Shown piece by piece: positions 36,827-46,504 of a stretch of 64,000 nt of DNA (position 1 is the stretch's first letter; each line of letters begins with the position of its first letter). The stretch is from Candidatus Collierbacteria bacterium GW2011_GWA2_42_17 (GTDB lineage: Bacteria > Patescibacteriota > Microgenomatia > UBA1400 > MFAQ01): NCBI GenBank assembly GCA_000998275.1, contig LCDA01000003.1:1596-65595 (forward strand). Direction: 5' to 3'. Under the pieces are notes generated by a model. The model made no database searches, was not told the origin of the DNA, and saw only the letters and a program-made list of their open reading frames with translations. The position numbers and the translations under genes were made by a program.

Positions 36827-37000
36827 AGGCGAAATTATATACTTTAAAACTTGCGGAATTTTATGACTCAGAGTATTCCGATTTACAAAAGATAATTGAC
36901 GGATGTGTTTAGGGGAAAGTGACCTAAGATTTTTGAAGTGGAGACGGTAACCAACTAGGGCGAGATCACCAATTATATCGGGGAGTTTGTGAGAGGGCAC
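36827..37000 (-). pseudogene. Remnant of an lpxC 3' end fused in-frame to the downstream ORF
   Basis: Encodes HKLPDIIGDLALVGYRLHFK...HIRQLSF, versus the LpxC C-terminus RHKLLDLIGDLALIGFHLQAK...KIRQSLF at 40690-40800. About 70% DNA identity. Confidence 0.5.
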
Positions 37001-37234
37001 CTTGAATGGAAGTCGTAGTTATAGATTGAGTTGACATGGTATTATTTATGTGTGCTGGAAAATGATAATTCGTGCGCTAGTTGCGAGAATAATTGTTGTA
37101 AAAAATTTAGACTATATCAGTCGGGAGTTGTAGAGACTATCCAAACGACAGACCACCATTTTGTGAAAAAACCGGAGTAAAAAATAGACCAGCGGCAAAC
37201 TGTAAATTAAACGATTTAGTTAAAAAAGAAAAAA

Positions 37235-38392
37235 ATGACTAATAACAGATTAAAGGTAATGGTTGTTTATGGCGGAGTAAGTCCGGAACATGAGGTAGCA
37301 ATTGTGACTGCCTTACAGGTAATGAACGCTTTGGAAGAGGCAGATTTTGAAGTTTTACCGATATATATTTCCAAGGAAGGAAACTGGTATATGGGGGATA
37401 GTAGCTTCTTGAAACCGGAAGCATACAAAGATTTACGATCATTGTTAAAAAAAGGTAAACAGGTGATTTGGTCGGCAGATCCAAATTTTGGATTGCTTGA
37501 GAAAAGTTGGTGGGGTTTTGTAGCGACAGGGAAACAGCCAGACGTGGTGTTTCCGGTGATTCATGGTCGTGGGGGTGAAGATGGGACCTTGCAGGGATTA
37601 CTTGAAATGGCCGGTACTCCTTATGTTGGATGTTCGGTAACAGCGAGTGCGGTCAAAATTGATAAGTATATCGCGAAAAAGATTGCACAAGCCTGTGGAT
37701 TGGAAGTATTGAAAGACAGATTGGTGATTAAGGGTGAAAAGATAAGTGCAACTGAAAAGGAGGCGATTAAATATCCGGTGATGGTAAAACCAGTCGGTTT
37801 GGGGTCAAGTATTGGTCTGACGAAGGTGAAAAATAAGAGGGATTTAGATGATGCCTTGGAGTTGGCTTTTTGCTACGACAGACGGGTAATTGTTGAAGAG
37901 GCGCTAGATGATTTCTCCGAGGTAAATATTTCTGTATTGGGAAATAATCCTTATGAAGTGTCGGTAACTGAGGAGCCAAAATCCAGCGGAGAGATGTTGA
38001 GTTTTGAAGATAAGTATGAGAGGCAGGAGAAGTCTAGAGGAATGGCAGGATCAAAAAGATCGATTCCGGCAAAACAAAAATTAGAGGTAATCAAAAAAAT
38101 TGAAAAAGGGGCGATAGATTTTTTCAGGTCGATTGGAGGAAAGGGAATCGCAAGGGTTGATTTTATGGTAGATAAGAAAGGAAAGGTTTATTTTAATGAG
38201 ATAAATACAATGCCTGGTTCTTTAGCGTTTTATCTTTGGGAAGCAAGTGGTTTGTCGTTTAAAAAGTTGGTGGGGAGGTTGGTTGATTTAGCTTTAGAAG
38301 AAGGTAAGGAAAAAGATTCATTAATTAAGACTTTTGAGAGTAATATTCTGACAGGTTTTTCTCGCAACGGTCTTAAGGGAAGCAAGTTTTAA
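37235..38392 (+). CDS. ddl: D-alanine--D-alanine ligase
   Basis: VMVVYGGVSPEHEVAIVTA, HGRGGEDGTLQGLLEMAGTPYVG, ATP-grasp region, EINTMPG. Confidence 0.9.
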   Translation: MTNNRLKVMVVYGGVSPEHEVAIVTALQVMNALEEADFEVLPIYISKEGNWYMGDSSFLKPEAYKDLRSLLKKGKQVIWSADPNFGLLEKSWWGFVATGKQPDVVFPVIHGRGGEDGTLQGLLEMAGTPYVGCSVTASAVKIDKYIAKKIAQACGLEVLKDRLVIKGEKISATEKEAIKYPVMVKPVGLGSSIGLTKVKNKRDLDDALELAFCYDRRVIVEEALDDFSEVNISVLGNNPYEVSVTEEPKSSGEMLSFEDKYERQEKSRGMAGSKRSIPAKQKLEVIKKIEKGAIDFFRSIGGKGIARVDFMVDKKGKVYFNEINTMPGSLAFYLWEASGLSFKKLVGRLVDLALEEGKEKDSLIKTFESNILTGFSRNGLKGSKF

Positions 38393-39861
38393 CAGTTGTC
38401 GGGGAGGTCGTTTTCCAGAAGTATCCAGTCGTATTTTTTTGAAAGGTCTTGAATGATTGGCCAAAGATTGGTGGCATTGTTGAGGTAGCTTATTTTTTGT
38501 GTATTTCCAACGCCAATCTCAAAATTTTTTGTTCTTTCTGATTGTCCGACGAGGATGATATGGTCGAAGACTGGGGCAGCTAACTGTCCCAGTTTTTGGT
38601 GTACACTAGCCATTTTTGGACCAAGTTCAATTATCCCGGGTGTGAGAAGGACTTTCTTACCCTTAAGATTTTTAAGATCGTTGAGAATGGCGGTAAACCC
38701 TTCTTCGTTTGAACTAAAGGCGTTGTCTATAAGGGTGGCCCGGTTTATCCTTTTAAGGTCAAGCCGATGGGGTGAGGGTTTGAGAGAGGCGACAGACCCC
38801 TTTATTTTTTCCAGGGGTACTTTTAGAAGGAGACTCATAGAAATTGCGGCAACAAGATTATAGAGATTGCTGGTGCCGAAAAGAGGTGAGACGAAGTCGA
38901 GGGGTTTCCCCCGATAGACAAGGCGGAATCGGATACCTTTTGGGGTGAGGGTATATTTTTCGACGAAAAAATCAGCTTTGGGGTCGGTAAGAGAGTAAGT
39001 TTTTACTTTTCGGTATTGAGGAAGAGTGAGATGAGCTTTGATCAAGGGATTGTCAAGATTGACTAGGGCATTCTGGGGTTGGACAACATCAACTAGCTCA
39101 AACTTAGCCAGGGTGGTATTTTCTAGGGTTTTAAAGCGTTCTAGGTGTTGAGAACCGACTGAGGTGAGGATGGCATACTGGGGATCAACCATGTGGCAGA
39201 TTTCTGCGATTTCTCCACGAGTATATGCGCCCATTTCGCAAATGAAGCGACGTGTTTTTTGAAATATTTCCATTTTTACAACTTTGGCGATGCCAAAGAT
39301 GGTGTTGTAGCTTTCCGGGGTTTTAACGGTTTGTTGATAACTGGTGAGAATGGAGTAAAGAAAATCTTTGACTGAGGTCTTGCCGAAAGAACCGGTGACG
39401 CCAATAACGCTTAAGTGGTGGTAACTACGAATAAGGGTATTTATTTGTTTAATCGTTTTTTTACGATTGATTTTTTCATAAGGAGTAATGAGGGTGATTG
39501 CAAGAAAAAGATAGAGATAGGGGGTGAAGAAAAAAGAGAGCATCAGGATGATGGTGAGGGGGATCTGTTTTAGAACTAGCAAAAAAAGAAAGAGTGCGGC
39601 AAAAGAAGTGTAAGACAGTAGGGTGAGAAGGCGGGCCTTAGGAGTAAGATCCAGGGGTTTTTTTGAAGAAATAGTAAAAGTGACAGGATGAGAAAGCCAC
39701 CAAGTAAAAAAGCGAGTGACGGAGTAGCCTTCCTGTTGAAAAATGGTGAGGTGAGTTTTAAATGGTTTGATGAACATGGTTTTCGATAATGGTGTTAAGA
39801 AGAAAAATAAACTTCGGGAAAAAGGTAACGTGTGGACTATGGTCCGCTCCGTAAAGTACAT
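38389..39861 (-). CDS. murF: UDP-N-acetylmuramoyl-tripeptide--D-alanyl-D-alanine ligase (Mur ligase; MurF by context)
   Basis: VIGVTGSFGKTSVKDF (Mur ligase P-loop), central and C-terminal Mur ligase domains, N-terminal hydrophobic extension. The start is uncertain because it overlaps the next gene. Confidence 0.75.
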   Translation of the reverse strand: MYFTERTIVHTLPFSRSLFFFLTPLSKTMFIKPFKTHLTIFQQEGYSVTRFFTWWLSHPVTFTISSKKPLDLTPKARLLTLLSYTSFAALFLFLLVLKQIPLTIILMLSFFFTPYLYLFLAITLITPYEKINRKKTIKQINTLIRSYHHLSVIGVTGSFGKTSVKDFLYSILTSYQQTVKTPESYNTIFGIAKVVKMEIFQKTRRFICEMGAYTRGEIAEICHMVDPQYAILTSVGSQHLERFKTLENTTLAKFELVDVVQPQNALVNLDNPLIKAHLTLPQYRKVKTYSLTDPKADFFVEKYTLTPKGIRFRLVYRGKPLDFVSPLFGTSNLYNLVAAISMSLLLKVPLEKIKGSVASLKPSPHRLDLKRINRATLIDNAFSSNEEGFTAILNDLKNLKGKKVLLTPGIIELGPKMASVHQKLGQLAAPVFDHIILVGQSERTKNFEIGVGNTQKISYLNNATNLWPIIQDLSKKYDWILLENDLPDNC

Positions 39862-40516
39862 GGAGATGGGAATTGGGAATTTTTGCGGCGAGTAACTTAC
39901 CGGAGTAAGGAATGGTGGTGTCTTTTTCGCCCCAGATAATGGAGGTGGGGATAGAAATATCTTTTATTTTTGAGGAGTAGTCTTGGTAGAGAATTTTGTT
40001 TAGGATCTCTCTTTGGGTAGGGGTGGATTTGAGATAGTTCTCCGAGGCAATCCTTTTAAAGATATGGTCGTAGAGCCCGGGTGTGAGAACTTTCAGAAGA
40101 GGTTTGGCGGCTTTAGCCAGTTGTGATTTTTTGCCCGGGTGTAACTTACGGATACAAGCAGGTGAGACAAGAATGAGGTGGCTGATCAATTTGGGAAAGC
40201 GGAGGGAAAAGTCAACGGCGATCTGTCCGCCGAAAGAGTGGCCAAGAAGAGTGACATTTTTAAGTTTTTGTTTGTCGATGAAACTTTTGACAAAGTTGGA
40301 GTATTCGGGTACACCGGGGTTGTTCGGAAGAGGTTGGGTTCCACCAAAAGAGGGAAGGTCCAGGGCGATGCCGGTAATTCCAGGCGGGAGGTTGTCTAAA
40401 GTATTTTGCCAATTTAGGGAAGACTGTCCCCAGCCATGCAGTATCAGAAGAGTGTGTTTTTCTTGTGGGTGGACAATCTGGTAGTTCGTAAGAATGTCGT
40501 TGATGACCTTTTGCAT
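39758..40516 (-). CDS. Alpha/beta hydrolase fold protein
   Basis: HGWGQS (oxyanion), GHSFGG nucleophile elbow, and a C-terminal His. Confidence 0.75.
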   Translation of the reverse strand: MQKVINDILTNYQIVHPQEKHTLLILHGWGQSSLNWQNTLDNLPPGITGIALDLPSFGGTQPLPNNPGVPEYSNFVKSFIDKQKLKNVTLLGHSFGGQIAVDFSLRFPKLISHLILVSPACIRKLHPGKKSQLAKAAKPLLKVLTPGLYDHIFKRIASENYLKSTPTQREILNKILYQDYSSKIKDISIPTSIIWGEKDTTIPYSGKLLAAKIPNSHLHVLYGADHSPHVTFFPKFIFLLNTIIENHVHQTI

Positions 40517-40689
40517 TTGTGAAGATTATTATACGATTTGGTGAGTCAATAAGCCCAGCGGGTAAAAAACAAAGTCCTCTCATTCCTAATATGTGGGTGA
40601 TGCGTACATTGACTTGGTGGCGCGTTGAAAGTATTACAAACCTATGGAAAAACCCTTAGGCAGGCTTAAGAGGTGGTAATTGAAATATT

Positions 40690-41571
40690 TTAATTGTTAA
40701 AAAGTGATTGACGAATTTTTTTAGCAATGAGATGCGTAAATTTGTGGCCAGGTTCGTTGATATCAATTTTTGCTTGCAGATGAAACCCTATCAAGGCTAA
40801 ATCACCGATCAAATCTAAAAGTTTGTGTCGTGCAGGCTCGTTATTTTTTTTGAGTGGAGTAAGAAATTCTTTTTCGGTGAATGTAATAATTGGCGATTGA
40901 CGAGGATCTTCCGGAAGAGATCTAAAGACTGAACGAATTCCTTGCCATTTAGAGAGATCCTGGAGATCTAAAGGAGATCGAAGAAAAGTTCTTGCCCAAG
41001 ATATGTCTTGAGAAAATGCTTTTGAGTCTTCTTCAAAAACAACAGTATGTTCTCCAATTGGCTGGGGAAATGGGGCAATACAATTGATGTACAGCTTTGG
41101 AAATGGGGCAAATTTTGCAAAACGATTGGGGAATTCTGGCTGAGTAATAATGCTGGAATCGTTGACAACGATAACTTTTTTAAAAGCATTTTGTTTTATG
41201 ATACCTGCTTTAAGAAGCGCTTTGACATAAGGTTCGGCAGAGCCGTCTTTGGCGGGAATGACGCTATTAGAAAGAACAATTTTTAAATTGTCGATGTTTA
41301 GTCCCCAGATGGCTGCCAATAAATGCTCTACTGTGGAGACATCAACGCCATCCTTACTTAGGACAGTGGTGTGGATATCGGTTTGTTTGATATATTCTGC
41401 AAGGGCGGGGATGCAGATTCCATGAAGATAAAAATTGATTCCGGTGTTTATTTCAGCAGGTTCAATCTTCATTGAAAGCAATTCACCAGAAAATAGAGAG
41501 TAGCCATTAAATTTGATAGCTTTTTTAATGGTTGTTTGATGATTTGTTGTTACTTTGGTGAATGCTTGCAT
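40690..41571 (-). CDS. lpxC: UDP-3-O-acyl-N-acetylglucosamine deacetylase
   Basis: STVEHLLAAIWGLNIDN, DGSAEPYV, ISWARTF, RHKLLDLIGDLALIG, GHKF. All conserved LpxC blocks are present. Confidence 0.85.
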   Translation of the reverse strand: MQAFTKVTTNHQTTIKKAIKFNGYSLFSGELLSMKIEPAEINTGINFYLHGICIPALAEYIKQTDIHTTVLSKDGVDVSTVEHLLAAIWGLNIDNLKIVLSNSVIPAKDGSAEPYVKALLKAGIIKQNAFKKVIVVNDSSIITQPEFPNRFAKFAPFPKLYINCIAPFPQPIGEHTVVFEEDSKAFSQDISWARTFLRSPLDLQDLSKWQGIRSVFRSLPEDPRQSPIITFTEKEFLTPLKKNNEPARHKLLDLIGDLALIGFHLQAKIDINEPGHKFTHLIAKKIRQSLFNN

Positions 41572-41842
41572 ATATACGGATGTGTCAATTATAAACCGTG
41601 ACCAAATTTACACTTGGACATTATTCTACTGAGGGACATTGGGGAATCTGCATCTGATGGATCATATTCGGTGATTGTAGGTGGAAATTTTCGACTCTGT
41701 CCACTTGGAACAAGAGTGGTTACCAGGGGAATATTGGATGTTACGGCAATTGTGGATACTGTAGGAATTAGACTTGTTCACCCAGACCCAAAATATTTGA
41801 TGGTTGATTGACTTGAGGGTGGAATAAAAGTATTATAAGTTT

Positions 41843-43366
41843 ATGGAAAACAGAATTGAGAGTTCGTCAGAAAAGAAAGTATATTCACATACATATGATA
41901 GTTTGGTACGAGAACTGGCTTCGACGATGGAGGTAGACAATACGAAGCTATTCCCTAAAACAGAAGGAGAGTTCAATCATGAAGACATAGCAAGCTGGAT
42001 TGGGACAGTGGAGTTTAAAGGAGGGAAAGCCCCAGATATTCAAGCAAGTCTGTCCTCGGATAGAGGAAGAAATATCTTGAAGTTTGAGGTGGCAGAGCAG
42101 AAGACGGTTGAGGGGGGTGATGTACCGGCCACTAAAGAAGAGTTGATCTACTCGATGGCTTTAACCGAGGCAAAGATGAAGGTAGTCTCGGATATCGCCG
42201 AGGACACATACCCAGCAGTAGCTTTTCAGATTAAAGATTACCGGAAAGAGATGGAGGGGGTGCGGGAGGAGATTTTGGGAAATAACAGGGAAAAGGTAAG
42301 TTTAAATGAAGTTGTTCACGGAGTGCTGTCCAGAAAGAATGTGGCAGCAGCGGTGATAGTTGGAGGAATGATACTTTCGGCTTGTGGCTTTAGCGTGGAG
42401 ATTGTGACACCCAACGCAACAGCAACGGAGACACAACCAAGAGTGACGGAGACGGTGGAGTTAGGCGCAACTGAGACACCATTCCAGCCGGGAGTGACGG
42501 AGACGATGGAGTTGGGCGCAACTGAGACACCAACCTTGGAAGTGACACCAACGGCAACAGAAGTGGCACCTACACCAACAGAAGTAGTAGTCAGAACAGA
42601 GTTTGCAAGAGGTGAGGTGATGACCCCTGAGGAAATTAAAGTAAATGTGGATTGGTATTACAACCTTACCGATGAAGAACTAAATCAACTAACGGAGGGT
42701 AATTTATGGAGTTTTTCGGAGTATAAGGGTGATGGTAGACCGAGAGATATCAATGGAAACATACTGAGTGAGACACAGGATTTGGGATATCTAAATGTTT
42801 ATGACGAAAAGATTGAAAATCTTGGCTTGACAGATAGGATAGAGCATTATAATGCTCTATTTTTGGGGTTAACTAAAGTAAGGGGCGAAAATGGAGTAGA
42901 GTACTTTGTGGGGGCGTTTGGGATGAAAGATGCTAAGGGGGAGAGAATGGTGGTTTATGGAGCACCAGATGTAGTTGGTTATAGTTCAATGTCTGGGGCA
43001 GTCTTTCACTCAGGTCTTTATGATGGAGTGAGATTTTTTGGAAAAAGATCTGCTGAACCAGTTAACGAAAATGAATATGTTCAGAAGTTGCTAAATACAC
43101 AACTTAAGGGCATTGTTCTTTTAGAAATGGGGCAGTTTATTGAAATGGGTACATTCAGACCGTCTGGACAAATAGCCTTACTTGAAAAATTGAAGGGAGG
43201 TGAGGTCCTCTTTGAGATGTTAAAGAGTCAGTATTCAGGAGGAGTGGAGTCACCCAAAGCATATTTTGAGGAGATATTGACTGCGGAGGGTACTTTACCG
43301 TTGGAGTATACCGAAGAAAGCATTGCTAAATTAATGAGAATATATATGATAGGAATTAATGAGTAG
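41843..43366 (+). CDS. Hypothetical membrane protein with internal TM/lipobox-like segment and tandem TETxELGATETP repeats
   Basis: 507 aa. VAAAVIVGGMILSACG hydrophobic segment. A roughly 90-bp tandem DNA repeat at 42441-42531 encodes PRVTETVELGATETP / PGVTETMELGATETP. Confidence 0.5.
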   Translation: MENRIESSSEKKVYSHTYDSLVRELASTMEVDNTKLFPKTEGEFNHEDIASWIGTVEFKGGKAPDIQASLSSDRGRNILKFEVAEQKTVEGGDVPATKEELIYSMALTEAKMKVVSDIAEDTYPAVAFQIKDYRKEMEGVREEILGNNREKVSLNEVVHGVLSRKNVAAAVIVGGMILSACGFSVEIVTPNATATETQPRVTETVELGATETPFQPGVTETMELGATETPTLEVTPTATEVAPTPTEVVVRTEFARGEVMTPEEIKVNVDWYYNLTDEELNQLTEGNLWSFSEYKGDGRPRDINGNILSETQDLGYLNVYDEKIENLGLTDRIEHYNALFLGLTKVRGENGVEYFVGAFGMKDAKGERMVVYGAPDVVGYSSMSGAVFHSGLYDGVRFFGKRSAEPVNENEYVQKLLNTQLKGIVLLEMGQFIEMGTFRPSGQIALLEKLKGGEVLFEMLKSQYSGGVESPKAYFEEILTAEGTLPLEYTEESIAKLMRIYMIGINE

Positions 43367-43395
43367 TACTAGGGTGATTTTGATATACTGAAAGA

Positions 43396-43983
43396 GTGAG
43401 GAAAACAGCTTTATGGGGAACGTTTTTTGTAGTTCTATTTTTATTGGTAGTTGGAGGGGTTTTGATTTTAAATTTGGGATGGATAAAATGTAGCAGTTTT
43501 ATAATGAAGGATACCGGGGAGAAAGCCAGTTGCGGTGTGTGGAGATTTGATGCTACCGGGCTAGATTCAAATAATGGGGAAAAGTATGTAGGGTACGGAA
43601 GAGTGGTGGGCATACAGTCCGTCGGCCAGAATGTAATACTTAGGGCCAGAATCGGCTTGGGGGGTAGATTTTTCTATATTCAAAATTTTCGTCTGTCTCC
43701 GAGAGATGATGGGAAGTTTGAGATATCTGAGGAGAGAAGAAAGTGGATAGGGTATTTTGATAACAGCAGGATGATAAGATTTGGTATGGAAGAAGTGCCA
43801 ACAATGCAAAAAGAATTAAGGGGAAAAGAAGTAATGCTGACATATGTTTCCTCGGGTGATGATAAAGGTATTGCTTGGAAGAGGGCAGTGGAAATGGGGA
43901 GTAATGTTTGGGAAAAGATAATATTGATGTTTAAGGGATTATTAAATATAAATACTCTAGATGCGACTCAAGCTGGCTATTAG
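43396..43983 (+). CDS. Hypothetical membrane-anchored protein
   Basis: 195 aa with an N-terminal TM (ALWGTFFVVLFLLVVGGVLIL). No known motif. Confidence 0.45.
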   Translation: MRKTALWGTFFVVLFLLVVGGVLILNLGWIKCSSFIMKDTGEKASCGVWRFDATGLDSNNGEKYVGYGRVVGIQSVGQNVILRARIGLGGRFFYIQNFRLSPRDDGKFEISEERRKWIGYFDNSRMIRFGMEEVPTMQKELRGKEVMLTYVSSGDDKGIAWKRAVEMGSNVWEKIILMFKGLLNINTLDATQAGY

Positions 43984-46486
43984 TTCATCCTTGTTGTTTT
44001 TAGGATTTCTTTTTTTGGGGACGATTTCCCCGGCCAAGGCAGCCCTTGAGTGTCACGGAAGCGGGCCAGCATCGATTATCAGTAGCTCGTGTGACTATTT
44101 TTCTGGAACAGGTACCTATAGCTGTGGTACGTCAACATCCAATTACACCTCTACTTGTAGTTTTTCCGGAGGATGTAGGAGAATGGGATTGGGGAGTACA
44201 GATGATACTGGGTGTAGTATTAGTTTTGATGAAAAATCTTGTGATGTAAACCCTGGTGGTCTAGCCGTGTACACGACTAGTGGTTGTTGGACGTGTGATA
44301 ACGCTGTGTGGAGTGCTTGCTCTGCTTCTTGTGATGGTGGTACTCAAACAAATCAGTGTGGTGGCACTCAATCGTGTAATACACAACCGTGTTGTTCTTC
44401 AAGTGGTCCGGATACACCAACCTTGTCCAGCCCGGCTAATGGGGCGAGTCTCAAGGGAACTGCAGTTACTTTGATCTGGAACGGTATAAGTAACTGGGGT
44501 ACGGAGTGTAGCAGTTCGGTTCCTAGAGACTATCAAATCTGTGCCGGTACAAACGCCGGCGACCCTTGTAGTGGTGGTTCTAGTTTTACTGTGGGTAGCG
44601 GAACTACCTCCCAAGTGTATACACTTCCCGATTCATTCCCCAGAACATACTACTGGAAAGTGAAGGCAGACAATACGAATCCTTCGGCTTCCGGTTGGTC
44701 GACGATTTGGAGCTTTAATGTGACTAATAACGCTCCTACGATTGTTTCGACATCTCCGGCAACAATTCCATCTAGTGGTAATGCAAGCTTAACGATAGTG
44801 ACAAGTGATGCCGATGGGGCGACCGACTTGCGAAGAGTCTTTTTCGCGTTTAATAACTGTAGTGTTGATCCGGGTGATGCAAACTGGAGTAATTTTGAGC
44901 ATAATAATGCCAATTATTTCGGGGCATTTACGTATGGTGGGGCAAATATCAATGTAGCAAATAACAATACTAGTGCGGCTTGTACAGGAGTATCGGCCAG
45001 TCCACCCACTCCGTGGGGTACAGTAGCGCCGTTTACGAACGCTTTGGGAACATTGAGGATTAACAGTGTCACTGATACTCGGGCGGGGAATAACTGGACT
45101 TCGGCATTTAACGTAACGACGACCAATTTTCCCGGGGGAACCTACAACTATTACGCAATGGTACAGGATAATGAGCTACTATGGCACACGGGAGGACCGA
45201 GTTGGAAGAAAATGGGAACAGTGTGTGTGGAAAGTGGAGCAGTCCTTGGAGCATGGGCGTCTTGTGATGGCAACCATAAACGAACTCGAACATGTACGGA
45301 AAGTTGTGGAACAGATGACTGTACGGCAGCCGGAGCCGTGGCCGGAGTAATTACCGAAGATTGTATCGGCACGATTCAAGGAACCTTGTTTGATGCTTCA
45401 GATCTTTCTTCTTGCCCGGCAAATATAGGGACGGATGCGGGGTATGCTTCTTTGAGACTAGGAAGTGCGGCCTTTGGTATTCTTGGTATGTGGCCAGCGA
45501 TTACAGCACCGGTTAGTACCGATGCCAACGGAAACTACTCAGAGCAGGTTTATGCCTCGACGACAAACGGAACGTACTCTTTTGATTATGCCGATCTGAT
45601 CTCCTCTGGAAGAGCGTCCGGAGTCAAGCTTCAGTGCCAGGGGGCTTCGGCTTCGGTAACGACCCAAGGGCAGGTGGTGACAAAAGATACCGGTTTTTGG
45701 AGAGTGTATAGCGGATGGTGGCAAGGGGTTGGCGGAAGTGTCTATGCAAGAAGCGGAGTCAGAAGCTATATACCGGCGAGTGTGGTTCCGGCAACCAATC
45801 AGAAATTGATTTTGGCAAACGCAGGCGGAAGAGTGGGAGTGCTGAGCCATGGATTTGTCTGGCAAGGGACGGAGCTGGGAACAAATCCCAACGCAGGAGT
45901 AAGTAGTTCTTTGTGGAGGATCCAGAGTCTTTATGAAGGACTGCGCTATGACTTTGATTTTTACAAGACGAGAATGGATGTGTTTCCTTTTACGGCGTGG
46001 GATGGGGGGGCTATCAACTACGATGATGGGGGAAGAGGATACCAGATATTCAAACACACGGGAGATGTGACTTTAAATTACAGCGGACCAACAGGAACAC
46101 AGAAGGCTATTTTGTTAGTAGATGGAAACGTAACGGTGAGTAACAACGTCGTTGTCCCAAGCGGGGCGTTCTTGGGAGTGATTGCCAAGGGTAATATTAT
46201 CTTTAATGCAAATTTGACCACGGCACAGGGTTGGTTTGTAGCGGAGAATCTTAGTGTTCCTTGTGTTGACACGGTGGCTCCCTTGGGTACTTGTGACAAG
46301 ACAGACGTCCAGTTTGATGGCCAGGGGTCGTTTGTGGGATGGACAGGGATAGCCTTGGCTAGAGATATGGGGGCGGGAAATAACACGACTCCGTCTGAGA
46401 AATTTACGTACAGGGTAGATATGGCGCTAAATGCACCAACACCAATAAAAGTATTCGCGAAAAAGTTTTCCCCCTTTATTCCTTAG
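43961..46486 (+). CDS. Large secreted Cys-rich protein with thrombospondin-type-1-like modules
   Basis: Signal peptide (SSLLFLGFLFLGTISPAKA). WSACSASCDGGTQTNQCGGTQSCNTQPC and WASCDGNHKRTRTCTESCGTDDC resemble TSP1 repeats. Many further Cys pairs. 841 aa. Confidence 0.65.
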   Translation: MRLKLAISSSLLFLGFLFLGTISPAKAALECHGSGPASIISSSCDYFSGTGTYSCGTSTSNYTSTCSFSGGCRRMGLGSTDDTGCSISFDEKSCDVNPGGLAVYTTSGCWTCDNAVWSACSASCDGGTQTNQCGGTQSCNTQPCCSSSGPDTPTLSSPANGASLKGTAVTLIWNGISNWGTECSSSVPRDYQICAGTNAGDPCSGGSSFTVGSGTTSQVYTLPDSFPRTYYWKVKADNTNPSASGWSTIWSFNVTNNAPTIVSTSPATIPSSGNASLTIVTSDADGATDLRRVFFAFNNCSVDPGDANWSNFEHNNANYFGAFTYGGANINVANNNTSAACTGVSASPPTPWGTVAPFTNALGTLRINSVTDTRAGNNWTSAFNVTTTNFPGGTYNYYAMVQDNELLWHTGGPSWKKMGTVCVESGAVLGAWASCDGNHKRTRTCTESCGTDDCTAAGAVAGVITEDCIGTIQGTLFDASDLSSCPANIGTDAGYASLRLGSAAFGILGMWPAITAPVSTDANGNYSEQVYASTTNGTYSFDYADLISSGRASGVKLQCQGASASVTTQGQVVTKDTGFWRVYSGWWQGVGGSVYARSGVRSYIPASVVPATNQKLILANAGGRVGVLSHGFVWQGTELGTNPNAGVSSSLWRIQSLYEGLRYDFDFYKTRMDVFPFTAWDGGAINYDDGGRGYQIFKHTGDVTLNYSGPTGTQKAILLVDGNVTVSNNVVVPSGAFLGVIAKGNIIFNANLTTAQGWFVAENLSVPCVDTVAPLGTCDKTDVQFDGQGSFVGWTGIALARDMGAGNNTTPSEKFTYRVDMALNAPTPIKVFAKKFSPFIP

Positions 46487-46504
46487 TTTGAGGCTAAATT
46501 ATTG

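Noticed and set aside
41614-41811. 65-aa ORF upstream of the 507-aa hypothetical
   Set aside because: Intergenic position with no SD. Gly/Val-rich composition typical of a chance ORF.
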